Assembly (NCBI RefSeq): GCF_000143415.4
Contig: NW_003314379.1
Coordinates: 248,001 to 312,000, forward strand
Direction: 5' to 3'
From: Selaginella moellendorffii
Lineage: Eukaryota; Plantae; Lycopodiophyta
DNA length: 64,000 nt
The position numbers and the translations under genes were made by a program. A model generated the notes under the pieces. It worked only from the letters and a program-made list of their open reading frames with translations. It did no database searches and had not been told where the DNA came from. Of this stretch, positions 13,786 to 25,755 are shown one piece after another. Every line of letters starts with the position of its first letter. The first letter of the stretch is position 1.

Positions 13786-14537
13786 GCGTGCTAGAGCGGC
13801 GGCTGAACAGGCAAGATATGGAAGTGAAGCCTCTCCCAGAGCTACGCCCTCCCAAGGCTTTCTTCCCCCAAGCTGAGATGATAGAGTTTAGGACGGCGTT
13901 GGAGGCATGGCAATGCACACCTGAGTGTAAAAAGAAGCTCAGTTATCTCTACACCAGCATTTCAGACTACGGCCAGTTGCAAGCCACAACACAAGCAGAG
14001 ATGAGGATGCGCCAGCATTGGAGAAGCTTGGTATCTGAGAGCAAGTGGAGATCAGTTTTAGAGTTTGGCACCTGGTTTATGACCGTCTCGCTGCGGGGCT
14101 TCAAGAACATTGCCTTTGAACTGGCTAGTGATGCTGATAGAATATTCAAGGAGCTGCACGATGCGTGTGCACGGGGCCAGGTACCGCCAGACTGCCTTGT
14201 CTGCTTCTTGGAGATGTTTCTCAAGCTTATGGTCGGGGGAAGCTTGGTGCAAGAATGTGGTGCACGGATCAAGTTCATTGGGGCTTGTGCGTTACTGCTT
14301 CACGGGGTCGAGCTCAGGAATGTGGACACCTGCTGGAAGCTGTTGATCGAGAGCACCACAACGCTTCTAAGCGAAGATGAAGATAAGCTTTTGGACTTCT
14401 TGTCATCAGAGTGCAACCTGTCCAATCCCTTGCTCCAATCTATGCGGGCTGCAAGGAAGAACAAGAATGCAGATTCTGCCAACCCCCTCCTAGCTATGCG
14501 CGTTGCAAGCAAGAACGCTGATGTTGTCATAAGCTGA
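13786..14537 (+). CDS. 3' part of an unknown, probably alpha-helical protein (~250 aa open after the gap)
   Basis: Long stop-free frame with protein-like composition; family not recognised. Confidence 0.45.
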
Positions 14538-14888
14538 ACATTAACAAAAGCTTCAATCACACTGGAAAATGAATTAGATCCATCCTAGTCTTTTTTTAAA
14601 GTCTTCAAGGATTTCTTCAGTTAATATTTAAAGCCCGGTCATGGCAAAGGTCATGGCAAATATCACATTCCGCAAGGTGGCCAAGGAGGCTCACCACCTT
14701 CCAATGAGGCAGGCAGTGTCCATTTGGAGAGGTAGTGAAGTTCGTGGTTTCTTTCTTATTCATGGTTTATCAAGGAAGCTATTCTCCCAAGCTTTCTTTG
14801 GATCGGAGCTAGAAGGTACCTTGTTCTAGCCGTGGCAGCTTGTTTGCCATGAGCAGTGTCAATCCATACTGCTCTTTGTTCGTGTCAA

Positions 14889-15089
14889 GGTGACACAGAA
14901 CAAGAAGAGTGGCAGATCCAGGCAGTCTTTTCTATGAGGATTGGCTTGGGCAAATTGCACCACCACACTCTAGTTTCCCCTAACTACCACTCACCATATG
15001 AAGTTTGTATCCTTAATTTGCCCAAGCCAATCCTCATAGAGGAGACTGCCTTGTCGTTTTGGATCTGCCACTCTTCCTATTCTGTCACC
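14889..15089. ncRNA. Fold-back inverted repeat; candidate hairpin RNA/pre-miRNA or MITE relic
   Basis: Arms 14889-14956 and 15015-15089 are reverse complements over ~65 bp, with a few mismatches and small bulges, around a ~58-nt loop. Confidence 0.45.
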
Positions 15090-16049
15090 AGTGGCTAGTT
15101 TTGCTTCTTTCCACCCACAGTTCACATACAATTGTTACAGAGAAAGATGAAGCAGATTTCCTTGACCCAGTTCTCAAAGTCTGTCTGGGTGAAAAGAAAT
15201 AGGCAGTGCTTTACAAGTGGTCATGTTGGATGGATTTCTCCACAACATGATGTTTGCTCTTCCACTTCTTCTGCTGCAGTCAAGCAGGCAATATAGAGTT
15301 GCATAGCCTTACTGCTCGCTTGTGTGGTCTTGTTGCCCATGAGATCGTTATTTGCTATGATACTGATTTCCCATAACCACCACTCTATACAAAGAAAGGC
15401 CGTTTTGATATCAAGCTGATGAGCGTGGACCATACTTGAGTTCACGAGTTGAAGAGTTGAGCTCACGAGTTGAGCTCAATTTTCAATTGTAATTTAGTAC
15501 AAACATTATAAACTTTAAAATTTTAAAGTTATGGCGAACTTAATAATTTCATAACTCTCTATATATTATATAGATAAAAATGTTCTAAAGGACACTTCCT
15601 GTTTTAATAATTTAAATATTTACTACATGCAATGGTAGTTAGAACATAAAATAAAATGTTTGCAAAAAGAGTATTCTTGTCACTTCTTTAAATTTGTACT
15701 CTGTGCTTTCTAACTAGTAAATGTCATATTCATCAGAATTTTAAAATTATTAAATTTGAATTAAGATTATATATAAGGACATATAACCATTTGAAAGGAA
15801 AAAAAAAACAACTATGATGGTACATATGCTCTCACAATACATTGTAACATCACGCACCCGAAAGACTACTATGAAATATTTTTTGAGATGGTAAAGACAA
15901 AAATGGAAACTGACGAATACTATGGGTAGTATTGCGAAAAGAACCCTCGCAAGTATATGAAATGAAAAGTGAAATAATAAAATATTTTTATTAATTATAT
16001 AAGGTATAATTAGTTTATATTATTGATAGAGAATAAACATCGATAGTGC

Positions 16050-19000
16050 TAGAAAATCTAATTAGCTCCAAAAGTTTTTTGCAACTCGGCAATAGTAAGG
16101 CTTGCTTGGTGTATATGAATATCCACTTTAGGATCTTAATGTAAGATGTTGATGAAAATGTAGTACATATGCTTGCAAAGAGCATATGCCTTCCCATGTT
16201 CCTCACGCTTCATAAAGTCTGGATATGTGCAAGAAGGAAAGTCTTGAATAGCAATTGTGTACTCTTCATTTTCTGTTTTGACTATGTACTCCTTTGCAAG
16301 CGCAGTGATGTACTTCGTGGAGAGAATCTCACACTCAAGTGTTTGAGCCAAGTTTATTTTACCTTGCTTCTGCTTGGAGACGGTACCAATAAATTTAACT
16401 GCCTTACCTTTTCTCGCTGGCCTCCTATGCATCTCTGTAGGAACAGTCCTAGTTTTATCACTTATGTCTCTAACTCTCCTTTCAAGATTGAAACCAAATT
16501 CCTTAAGGTTTTCAATCTTATCCAAGGTGAGCGCAACCCCATTAGCAACCGGCCATTCTTTAAATACTGCATCAGGTTTAGTCACTATAGTGTCTTCAAG
16601 CCGCTTTGTATGGTTGACATCAGTGTTGCAGCAATATAACCAACACCATCTTGAAAATTCTGCTTGCTTTCATTCCCCATGGAAACATGGGGCTGGAACA
16701 GAAGCAGATTTATCACCACGAATCCAAGCCCAACACTTGCCCCTCGGAAGCATCCCCACACACCTTATATTTGATTTTGCTGGCACTCGACGGATTGCCC
16801 ATTGCTTCGGCTCCACGCTACAATAAGCAATTTCAACCTGCTGTGATGCACTTTCTTCATCAGCCACTTGAGGTGGCTCAGTTCGGGGGCGATGTCTTAG
16901 AGTAGAATGATACTCAACATCAGGCCTGTGAGAGCTTTTTGCTCCAAGATCCGTGCCAACATCTTCACCAACAAAGGAAAAGCGACGCTTTGAGCGGACG
17001 GTCTTCATATCACCAATAGAAGCCCAGGGAGTGTACTCCATAGATGTGCCACAGACCACTTCCTCCACTGCAGTTGCCATTGTTTGTGCTGGTGGAGTCA
17101 TTTTCTTCTTCATCCGATCGTGTAACATCTCAACCGAAGATCCTGTTCCCATGTATCTTCCTTCCTCAAATGCCAAGGCTTTTGAAGATTGCTCTACAGC
17201 GCGTATCAAATCTGATAGACATGCTTTATATAAACTCATCTTCCCTTTTCTTGCTTCAGAGGAACGCCAGCTCCAATGTTTACTCTCTGAGAGATTCACA
17301 GTTGGGATGTATGCAAGATCCTTAAGTGGTTGATCCTTATAAAAAGATGATATCAAAAAGCAATAAAAGAGAGGAAAAAAAGAAAAACCAACCTGAAAAG
17401 AGTGATCTCCCCATTGGAACATTCTAACTTCCCACCACCCCAATCATAACTCAAGTTGTGGTAGACAACTTACGTCAGTATGGCCATCTTCACGCCACCA
17501 CATTCGGATCTCATTTGCTTTTGCCTCATACTCTTCTTCAAAAGGTGCAACTTGCCATTGTTTACACAACTCTAAATGCTAATTGGAAATCTGGCTTGAT
17601 AAAGTGGCAGTGTTGGTTTAGGCTCTGAGCCCAATGGACTCACAAGTCCTTTCACGACCTTCTAGGGGTTGACCATTCCCAAAGACTGCTCGGACACCAT
17701 TCCAATTAGCCCTAGCCCCATTTGCCATGAAACTGCGAAAGTTGGCAAGTTTACCAGTCCACTTCAATAGAGGGACTTCCAAAATATTTCTTGAGCCATC
17801 TGGTCTTGTATTTTAAACTCTGCTATTGCAATTGTCAAGTTACAATGTGGTCTATGAAAAGGGTAATGCTTAAAACCATTTTAAGATAATGAGAAAAAAA
17901 ACTACCTCGGATCATACACATGAGCTCCCATAGTTGTCCAACCCGCCACCCGCTCCATATGGTCAAAATGTACCCATGCATTAGCAAAGTCATTCGACCT
18001 AGACATATCCATTCGGGAAACAAGATCCACACCAAAGGTGAGGCCTATGGTAGACATTTTGAAAATGAAAGGGTGCTCTTGCTCACTAACAACTTGATCT
18101 AGAAATAAACTCTCATGAATAAATTCGTAGGGACAAGTCCGTTTTAGTTCAAGGATTGAGTCAATTTTTTATTGGAGTTTCCCCTCTTGAGATTCACACA
18201 TCCAAAACTTTATCCTAAATAAAACAAAATGTAAGAGAGATATTATTGAAAAGTATGTAATAATATTTTCATACCTTCTGAGGCTAATTGCAGGCTGCAC
18301 ATGTCGTAGTAACTCCCACAAGCTAGTCTCATCCAGTTGAGTATTCTTGTAGTCCAGATCAAGTAAAGTGCTTGCGATAAAATCCTTGAGCACTGTCTTT
18401 TGAATATGCTTCGGAGTTGCAGATGAGTTTCTCACAGTCTCTATTTGCACTGCATCTTTGAAACAGTTGACTGAACTCCTTTGTATCCTTTCTTGCATTG
18501 GATGTGTGTGCGTGCCAATATGTACTGCAGCTCTACCAGCCTCTCCATTTCGTGGAAGAAAATAGTACATCTTGGCCCCGCAGATAGCACGACACAATGG
18601 AGCATTCTTGCAAAATCGACACTTGAATCCAACACTAAAGGTGTCACAGATGGGAGGATTGGTTGCAGATCCTTCAAAAAATGTAGAGTTTTTACCACAC
18701 TCTTGATTGCATGCTTTATTCACACAATCCAAATACCCACCACAATGAACTATGGACACTGTGCCTTCAAAATGCTGGAAATGTGTGGTCTTGATCTTGC
18801 ATCCGTTGTGGACATCCTGCTTTGTTTCCATCCCCTTTCGTTTTGAGCTGACAAGAGGTGGTAATTCAAAGAAGATATTGCCATTGTATGTAGATGGGAG
18901 CTCGCTAACGGGCCTATGTAGAAAGGAACGCACGTCGATAAAGAGGCGGGAAAACTGGAAAGCATTGCAAATAACTTTGAATATCGGTGAAGTTGGAGTT

Positions 19001-19368
19001 TGGAAATTCTTGGCTCGCACTAGACTAAAATCTCCACTAGAACTAGAAGAGGAAGAAATGATGACGACCGACTCTTGCTTCACATTCACTTTGGCAAGAT
19101 CGCCGCCTCGCACTTTGATTGGAGATCCAAAAACTCGAATCTCCTTCGACTTGGAATGTTGCAAATCCCAATGTTGTCCACCTTCACCTACACCCGAAAG
19201 AAGAAACTCTGATCGTTCAACTACACCAATGTTGTTGCGAATCACAGCCTCCAATGAAATAGAACCGAGAGAAAGATCGAAACGTTGGCAAAGAAAACTT
19301 TCTAAAATAAGACTTTGGGAGAAAGAAAGCGGTGGGTGATCTTGGTAATGCAAAAGGAAATTCCCCAT
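16050..19368 (-). pseudogene. MULE-type transposase: GCM/WRKY-like Zn domain + DDE core + SWIM; multi-exon, disrupted
   Basis: CGGYLDCVNKAC..CRFC..C..HIGTHTHP (GCM-like). AWVHFDH..WTTMGAHVYD (first D). FMANGARANWN (second D mutated to N). RERTC-x-x-HW (frameshifted CxxH). TVNLSESKH (catalytic E). SCTYPDF..CKHMYY (SWIM with C>Y). Stops and frameshifts at ~17590-17790 and ~16140. Confidence 0.75.
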
Positions 19369-20179
19369 TTTGTTGCCTTTAGGTTTTGGAACTCTGAACT
19401 TTTATAAAGAAATGTCACCTCAAACATATGTTATGCCATTATGTGACAAGAAAGGGCGATTTTATTCTAGGATCTAACATCAAATAATGTTGTTATAATA
19501 AATTTTGTATGAAGTATATAGGACTCTATTATACAATATTAAAAGTCTGTATACATTGAATTCAAAAACATGCTCAAATTTATTATATGGACTAACTTTT
19601 GGTAAAACGGAAAGAAATATCACCTCAAGCATGTGCCATAATATGAAAGATAGGAATAATTTTATTCTAGGATCTACCATCAACCAACTGTTGCCAAAAA
19701 AATTAAATATTGTACATATTTTCAGTACTTCATTAAAGCCATAAATCATCACATTCCTCTGAACTCATTTAAATATATTCCATCTTTGTACTACCATCTA
19801 TCACCTATAGTAAATTATCTATATACATTGCTTTGGAAATAACACCTTACGATTTAATAATCTTATATTTTCTGACAAGATGCTATTACTTGCAAGAAAC
19901 ACATAATTCTCATTTATAATTTCGTACTGTGATCAATTTAACACATGCATCTGTGACATTATTTCTACATTACGGCATAGTCATATTAGAGCACACTTCC
20001 ATTATTAAATTACAACTCAAAAGGACTTTGTCACATGATCAAATCTAGGATGGAATAGAAATTGTACATTGCTAGCAAATATTTGCAGAATGTAATGAAG
20101 ATTTACTGCATCCATGATGAACGGCTGTGATGAAAGTTAGGTTAGGGTTAAGGCAGCTGCCGGCATTAGGGTTTTACAG

Positions 20180-20930
20180 AAACTAGAGTGGGAGGTTGGG
20201 AGTGACTACGGGATCCATCGGTGTCGAATAGAATGCCTCCAAGAGTAAGTTTTTTACTCCTCTACTCCCTCTCCTCCACTCCCACGCCACGCCCAACGCT
20301 GCCGCGCTCAACGCTGCCGTGCCCATGCCGCCACACCCAAGCCACGCCACGCCCAGCGCCGCCACTGCCCAGGGCCGCCGCTGCCCAGCTCAGCACCGCT
20401 GCTGCCGTGCCCAGTGCTGCCGCTGCCATGCCCAGCACCGCCGCTGCCAAGTGCTCGGGCCGGGCATTTGGCCAGGCACTCCGCCCGGGCAGGCCATCGG
20501 TATGCTGGCAAACTGGCACCCGCACCAAGTGCCCGCGCCAAGTGCCACGCTGGGCATTTGGTGCGAGCTGCCAGCGAACCGGCCCGCCCCCAATTGCATT
20601 TGCCAAGTGCGCGGGCCAGGCACTTGGCGCAGGGCCAGCAAAGGTGCTTCGGGGCAGGCCAGCCAAGGCACTTGGGGTTGGGCCAAATGCCCGCGCCAAA
20701 TGCCCACGCCGGGCATTTGGTGCGAGTTGGCAAATGCAATTGGGGGCGGGCCGGTTCACTAGCGAACCAGCCTGCCCTCAATCGCCAAGTCCAAGTGCCA
20801 AGTCCAAGTGCCCGGGCCGGTTTGCTGGCGAACCGGCCCCCCCAAGCGTGTTGGCTGGCCCACGCCAAGTGCCCAGCCCGGGCACTTTGGACTTGGCCCG
20901 GCCCGGGCACTTGGACTGCACCGAGTCTAC
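20180..20930. promoter_or_regulatory. GC-rich island between the divergent element genes, with a CCAARTGC motif array and a 31-bp perfect inverted repeat
   Basis: About 15 CCAA(G/A)TGC copies in both orientations at 20447-20914. Inverted repeat at 20576-20606 / 20727-20757. Telobox-like TTAGGGTT upstream at ~20140-20175. Confidence 0.6.
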
Positions 20931-21157
20931 ACCCCAAAGTCCCCACTTCTTATGCATTTTTAATTTATAATGAGCTTTTTTTATTTTTAGAAACGGAAGT
21001 AACTACAAAAAGAGAAGGATGTTGGATCAAAGAGAAGACATGAGGAAGATGAGATTCAGGAGGACAATCAAGTTGACCTTCAGATAGAGATTTCCACAAC
21101 GACAACTCTACCGTCTTCGCAACCAGATAACTCCAGTCCACATGCACCCCCATTTTT

Positions 21158-21345
21158 GCCACCACCACCATCGATGCCATGACCACCATTACCACCACCA
21201 TTGCCACCTCTACCTTCATCACCACCATTACCACCACCATCATCACCACCATTACCACCACCGCCATCATCGCTATTATTACCACCACCGCCGCCACCAT
21301 CATCACCACCAGTAGCATCATTACCATTGCATCCACAACCACAAA
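21158..21345. repeat. Degenerate (ACC/ATC)n trinucleotide repeat
   Basis: Directly visible; reads as poly-Pro in the frame of the downstream gene. Confidence 0.85.
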
Positions 21346-24300
21346 TGCCACTACTCTTAACATATTCGCAAAATATGGTAGAAACTAGCTACATTACGAA
21401 GCAATGCCCAAGTGTGTCTGATGGAGGTGTTGGGCCCGAGCCGGGGGCTAGATCTGATAATGGTGCTATTGGAGGTGTAGCTGAAGCTGAAAGAGAAGTG
21501 GAGTTACCTGAACACATTGTCGACAAGCACTTCCAAGAGACAGTTTTGAGAACTAAAGAGAAGGCCATTCACACAACTCTGGAGTCTCTCAAGTGAGAAG
21601 GCCCGGGAGACATGATCCGAGAAATCCCACTATGTCGATTCACTCAGACAAGCATCGTTCGGTCTGCTTCACCGCACTTCGTCAACATGGACATCTATAG
21701 TCTGTACAAACAGAATGGCCTTGGGACAAACATAGGTATGTTCCTTGTTTCGGTTTTCAAGCCAGGAATGACAAAAACCCTCTCGGTGTCACCAGAAATC
21801 GAGAGGGATTGGGATGACATTTGGAAAATGAAGTCCCGCGAATTTGACATCAAGCTTATGAGCCATCTTGAGACTCAACAATTTGTGGGGAAAATGTTCT
21901 ACATTATCGACGGGAGTCATCGCTGGTGTGCGTGGATGAAGTGCATCAATGAATGCTTCCGAGACGATCCTATCTATCACATCAATGTTCTGGTTGGACA
22001 TGTACACGCAAGAGGAACTCTAGATATGGCAAGGCTTGTTATAGCTTGCCACAAAATTAATGCGTAAGTACCTCTCCCTCTTTAATCACTTTTAACAATT
22101 TGTGTTTTGCAGGTTGGGACAGTTTGCAGTGCAGAAACAAAGCCTAGTACATGATATTGAGCAGATCTGGTTTCTTGCCAATCTCGACGAGGATGCAGTC
22201 CACAGCCACTATGGTGATGATTTAGCATCACTTATTCAGCGTCAACAAGGTCGTCAAGATGCTAATAGATGGTATAAGAATCCAGTGGCTTTTATGATAA
22301 CTGTGTGGAGTAAGGTATGTTCTTCCAAGTATACTTTTTATTATAGAATGTTTGTGTTGTCTTCAACCATTGGTGAAGGTTAAGCAAGATGCATATGCAC
22401 AGTCGCATCGAGCTGAAAATGATCAAGAACTCTTGGAGCATTTAGCTGAAATTGACAAGAAAATCAACAACACAAAGAAGACAGAAGTAAAGAAATTACT
22501 TAGTGTGGCTGACCTCAACGCCCAAAGGAGTGGTTTGATATTATAACAGAGATTGCTTGTCATGAAAGTAAGTATTGTTTGCATTTATATGAAGGTTACT
22601 CACAAAAGTTATTTCTTAGTGGGCAAGACTCCAGATGAGATTATTTACAACATCTCAAAGTCAAAGCTTACATATGAGGAATAGATACACATTCTGAACG
22701 ACCTTAATAGCAGACTCAGAGAAGGAGAAAAAGGTTTGGATAGTATGATGGAGACTATGATGAGGAGGACCGTCTACATTTCACAAACTATATATGAAGG
22801 GGAGATGTTTCTAGCGCTTTTCATAGGGGATGATCCTGAGCAACTTCCATTCAAGGACTTCATCACCACTGAACTTACAAAACTCAGGGAGGATTGGCTG
22901 CCAAAGAAGGCCACAAGCACAACTCCATTTGATAAACAATTTAGCCAACCTTCATGCATCGAGCGGCTTTTAGGTAATATACAATTTCTCAACTATACTC
23001 AATTTGTTTATATTTTATTATAGGTATCTCCAATATAGAGGCGTTCCTCTCGAAACACCGGTATGCACACGACTCCTGAGGCATGGTGTGAGAGATGGAG
23101 GCATGTACCTGACAACAATGAAGTTTCCAGCAGCAATAAAGCGAGCTTGTCCTTGGGAATTGGAGATGCCAGATTATACACCAACCCACCGAGAGGCTGC
23201 AAGAGGCAACAACGAGGACATGCCGGATGACGAAGATGATGGCCATGAGAATGTTGACACTGTTGGTGCCAATGGTGAGGAGAGTGAAGATGGCAGTGAG
23301 AACGACTTGCAAGAAATTCCTCCAGACGAAGTCCAGCAAGAGAACCAGAATGTCAAAGAAGTTCTACGTCGACGAAAGCATGCAAATCCACATCTGGAGG
23401 AATTAGTCAATAGTGATGATGATCGTCCAAGACGTCCCCGTAACCGAGGAACTTCTCGAAGTATATTTCTCTTAATTCTCTCTTTTTCTTAGTTCCTCAA
23501 AATGGTTGTAGCAAAAACTGTCGGGAGTAACTTCATTCCAGCTTGTCTTGATGCTCGAGAAGAGGACCTAAAGGAACTTACATCTACCACACGCCATATA
23601 ACGGTATGCAAATTTTTCTTAAGTTCACATCTTATCTTTGTCTTCTCCCTCTAGATTCGCCCTATTTCTCCAATGGCATTCCGTGGTGAAGTTGGGATCT
23701 TTATTGGCTCCTACAGTTCATTGATGGCATCTTTTGAGGAGGTTGCTGAGAATATGGCTATCCAGCAAAAGTGGGAGCACTTTTGTCAGAAAATCCATAG
23801 GCGACCGCTCAAGAGCACAAACTTCATGCTCTTTGACATGCCAAATGGTCTTCCAGACGCTAATGGTGATGTCCCAAGCTGGAACAACCTGACTAAAGAC
23901 CACTTGAAGGATGCATTCCTTTTGGCAGCAATTCTCCTTCATACAACCGGTCAAGTTGCCTTCATTCTCCCGAATGACCCCCATTGGATGTCCTGCCTTA
24001 TGAGGTATGCAAGTCGAGTCAACTTCAAGAGGTTTTCTTCCGGGTGCACCATGGATAGTGTTGGGGTTGAGACCAAAGGTGTCCTAGGCATGCCAGAGAA
24101 GGTAAGAAATCATCTTCTGTTTTGGTTGTCTCTAAAGTTTAATATACAAATTATGATGTGGACCTACCATGTGTTCTGCAAAAGAGAAAATGACGGTTTT
24201 CGTGATAGTGAGCGTGCTGCAAGGGTTTTGCCAGGATATGATAGCTTTACTGACATCATACCAAATCTCGTAGACGACGACATCCGCAACACATTGTCTG

Positions 24301-24515
24301 GGTATCGGTTCCGATCTCCATTGGCAATGCATGTCGTACTTGAGCTTTATTGCCCAACTAAGGGTGTTGTCATCGATTGCACAACAAGTAGTGGTTCGAT
24401 GGTCGAAGCAGCACGTGACTCTGGTAGATCAGTGTTTGCGATTGAAGAATATGAGTTCTTCAAACGCCGTCTTAGAGGTTTTTGTCCTTCTCTATTAGTT
24501 GCTTCTAGGAGGTAA
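21201..24515 (+). pseudogene. ParB/Srx-like N-terminal domain fused to a beta-class N6-adenine/N4-cytosine DNA methyltransferase-like domain; multi-exon
   Basis: FYIIDGSHRWCAW at ~21900-21935 (ParB/Srx DGxHR). FMLFDMPNG at ~23835 (motif IV, DPPY-like). RSPLAMHVVLELYCPTKGVVIDCTTSSGSMVEAARDSGRSVFAIE at ~24310-24450 (motifs X, I, II of the PF01555 type). Acidic linker and several GT-AG introns. In-frame TGA at 21594. Start uncertain; that all exons form one gene is inferred. Confidence 0.7.
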
Positions 24516-24948
24516 TTTATGATGTTTTAAAAACTTATATACAATATATATTTAGTTTTCTAGAAGTCTTCCTAGGTATGCATGGCACATCATATGCAAT
24601 GTGTAAATTGAGGAGTGGTATGAAAAATCTATTTATTAATGATACATTAAAAGACAATTGAATGCATCCACTTGCAATGAGAAAGATGTGTCACATGTCA
24701 ATGTGATAATGATTGTGACACTGACAGTGTCAGTGCAGCAGATAGTGATAGTGATAGTGTCAATGACAGAGACAGTGTCAGTGTCAAAGATGACAAAGTT
24801 ACAGTGTCAGTCTTTCAAATTTCATAATTACTAGTATTATCAATTTATTATCTATAGGTAATACAATTTTGTTAAAAAAAAGCGAGAGGGGGGGGGGGGG
24901 GGGGGAGATGGATAATATCAGTGTAAGAATTATTAGTGGCTGGAATTT

Positions 24949-25497
24949 TTAGTAGGATGGCCTAAAAATACCATATTCAGCACTTGTGGATGTAAGATTT
25001 ACTAACGGAATATTGTTCCTCACCATGAAATGATAATGATTGTGTATTCTTAACTCTTTCTTGATTTTTTTATACATCCATTTATGCACACCTTCCAAAC
25101 CAGTTCTTGGGCAGTTGTGACAGTGTTCTAGAAAAGTTTCTAGACCCATACAACCTTCCGTTTTATCTAAATAAAAGTAGCAGATGGGACACTGGAGATA
25201 ATATATGTTCATTCTTTCAAAAGTTTCAGCCATATCGGAAGCAAGATCTTGAAGAAACATCTGGCATTGCTCTTGAAGCACATGAGGCAATCCATCTTTA
25301 GTAGCAACATCTAGAACATTATCTGGAAGAGGGATCTCTTGTTCAGTCACACTTGGGGCTACAAAAGAAAAAACCTCACAATGATTGTTGTGTGGAGGGA
25401 AGGGTGGAATGTTGGTAGAAGTTGAAGACGAAGGTGGAGACTCATATGAAATGCATAGGGGCTAAGTGTGAGTAGCAATAGCATTTTCCCTAGCCAT
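24949..25497 (-). pseudogene. Small Cys/His (Zn-finger-like) protein, copy 1
   Basis: CPICYFYLDKTEGCMGLETFLEHCHNC..VHKWMYKKIKKEL. ATG at 25497 is in frame, with an early TAG at ~25463. Confidence 0.6.
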
Positions 25498-25755
25498 TCC
25501 TACACTCTAAACAAACTGAAATTTCAATGTTGAAAGCATCCCTTGTCGGTATTTATACTAAGAAAAGATCTAGGGGTTCTTTAAAGTTTAAATTGTCAGT
25601 CTTAAAAATAGGACTTCAGAATTATAACAGTTTCAGAACCACTTATATATATAATAATATCTTTATACATGCTAGAATAATATTATTCTTGAAAATATAA
25701 GATTCTCCACTTTACTCATAAAGAATTAAACTTTTGAAAAAACTATGCATGACTT

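Noticed and set aside
15380-15433. Copia RT motif HQLDIKTAFL on the minus strand at the MULE insertion site
   Set aside because: Only about 10 codons; too short to annotate as an element.
20440-20920. CRISPR-like array
   Set aside because: Motifs are 8 bp, irregularly spaced and bidirectional; no cas genes; eukaryotic context.
20221-21388. Multiple 100-250 aa ORFs on both strands
   Set aside because: By-products of high GC and trinucleotide repeats.
21612-24515. Bacterial or phage contamination explaining the ParB-MTase
   Set aside because: The gene has spliceosomal GT-AG introns and lies inside a plant transposon contiguous with plant DNA.
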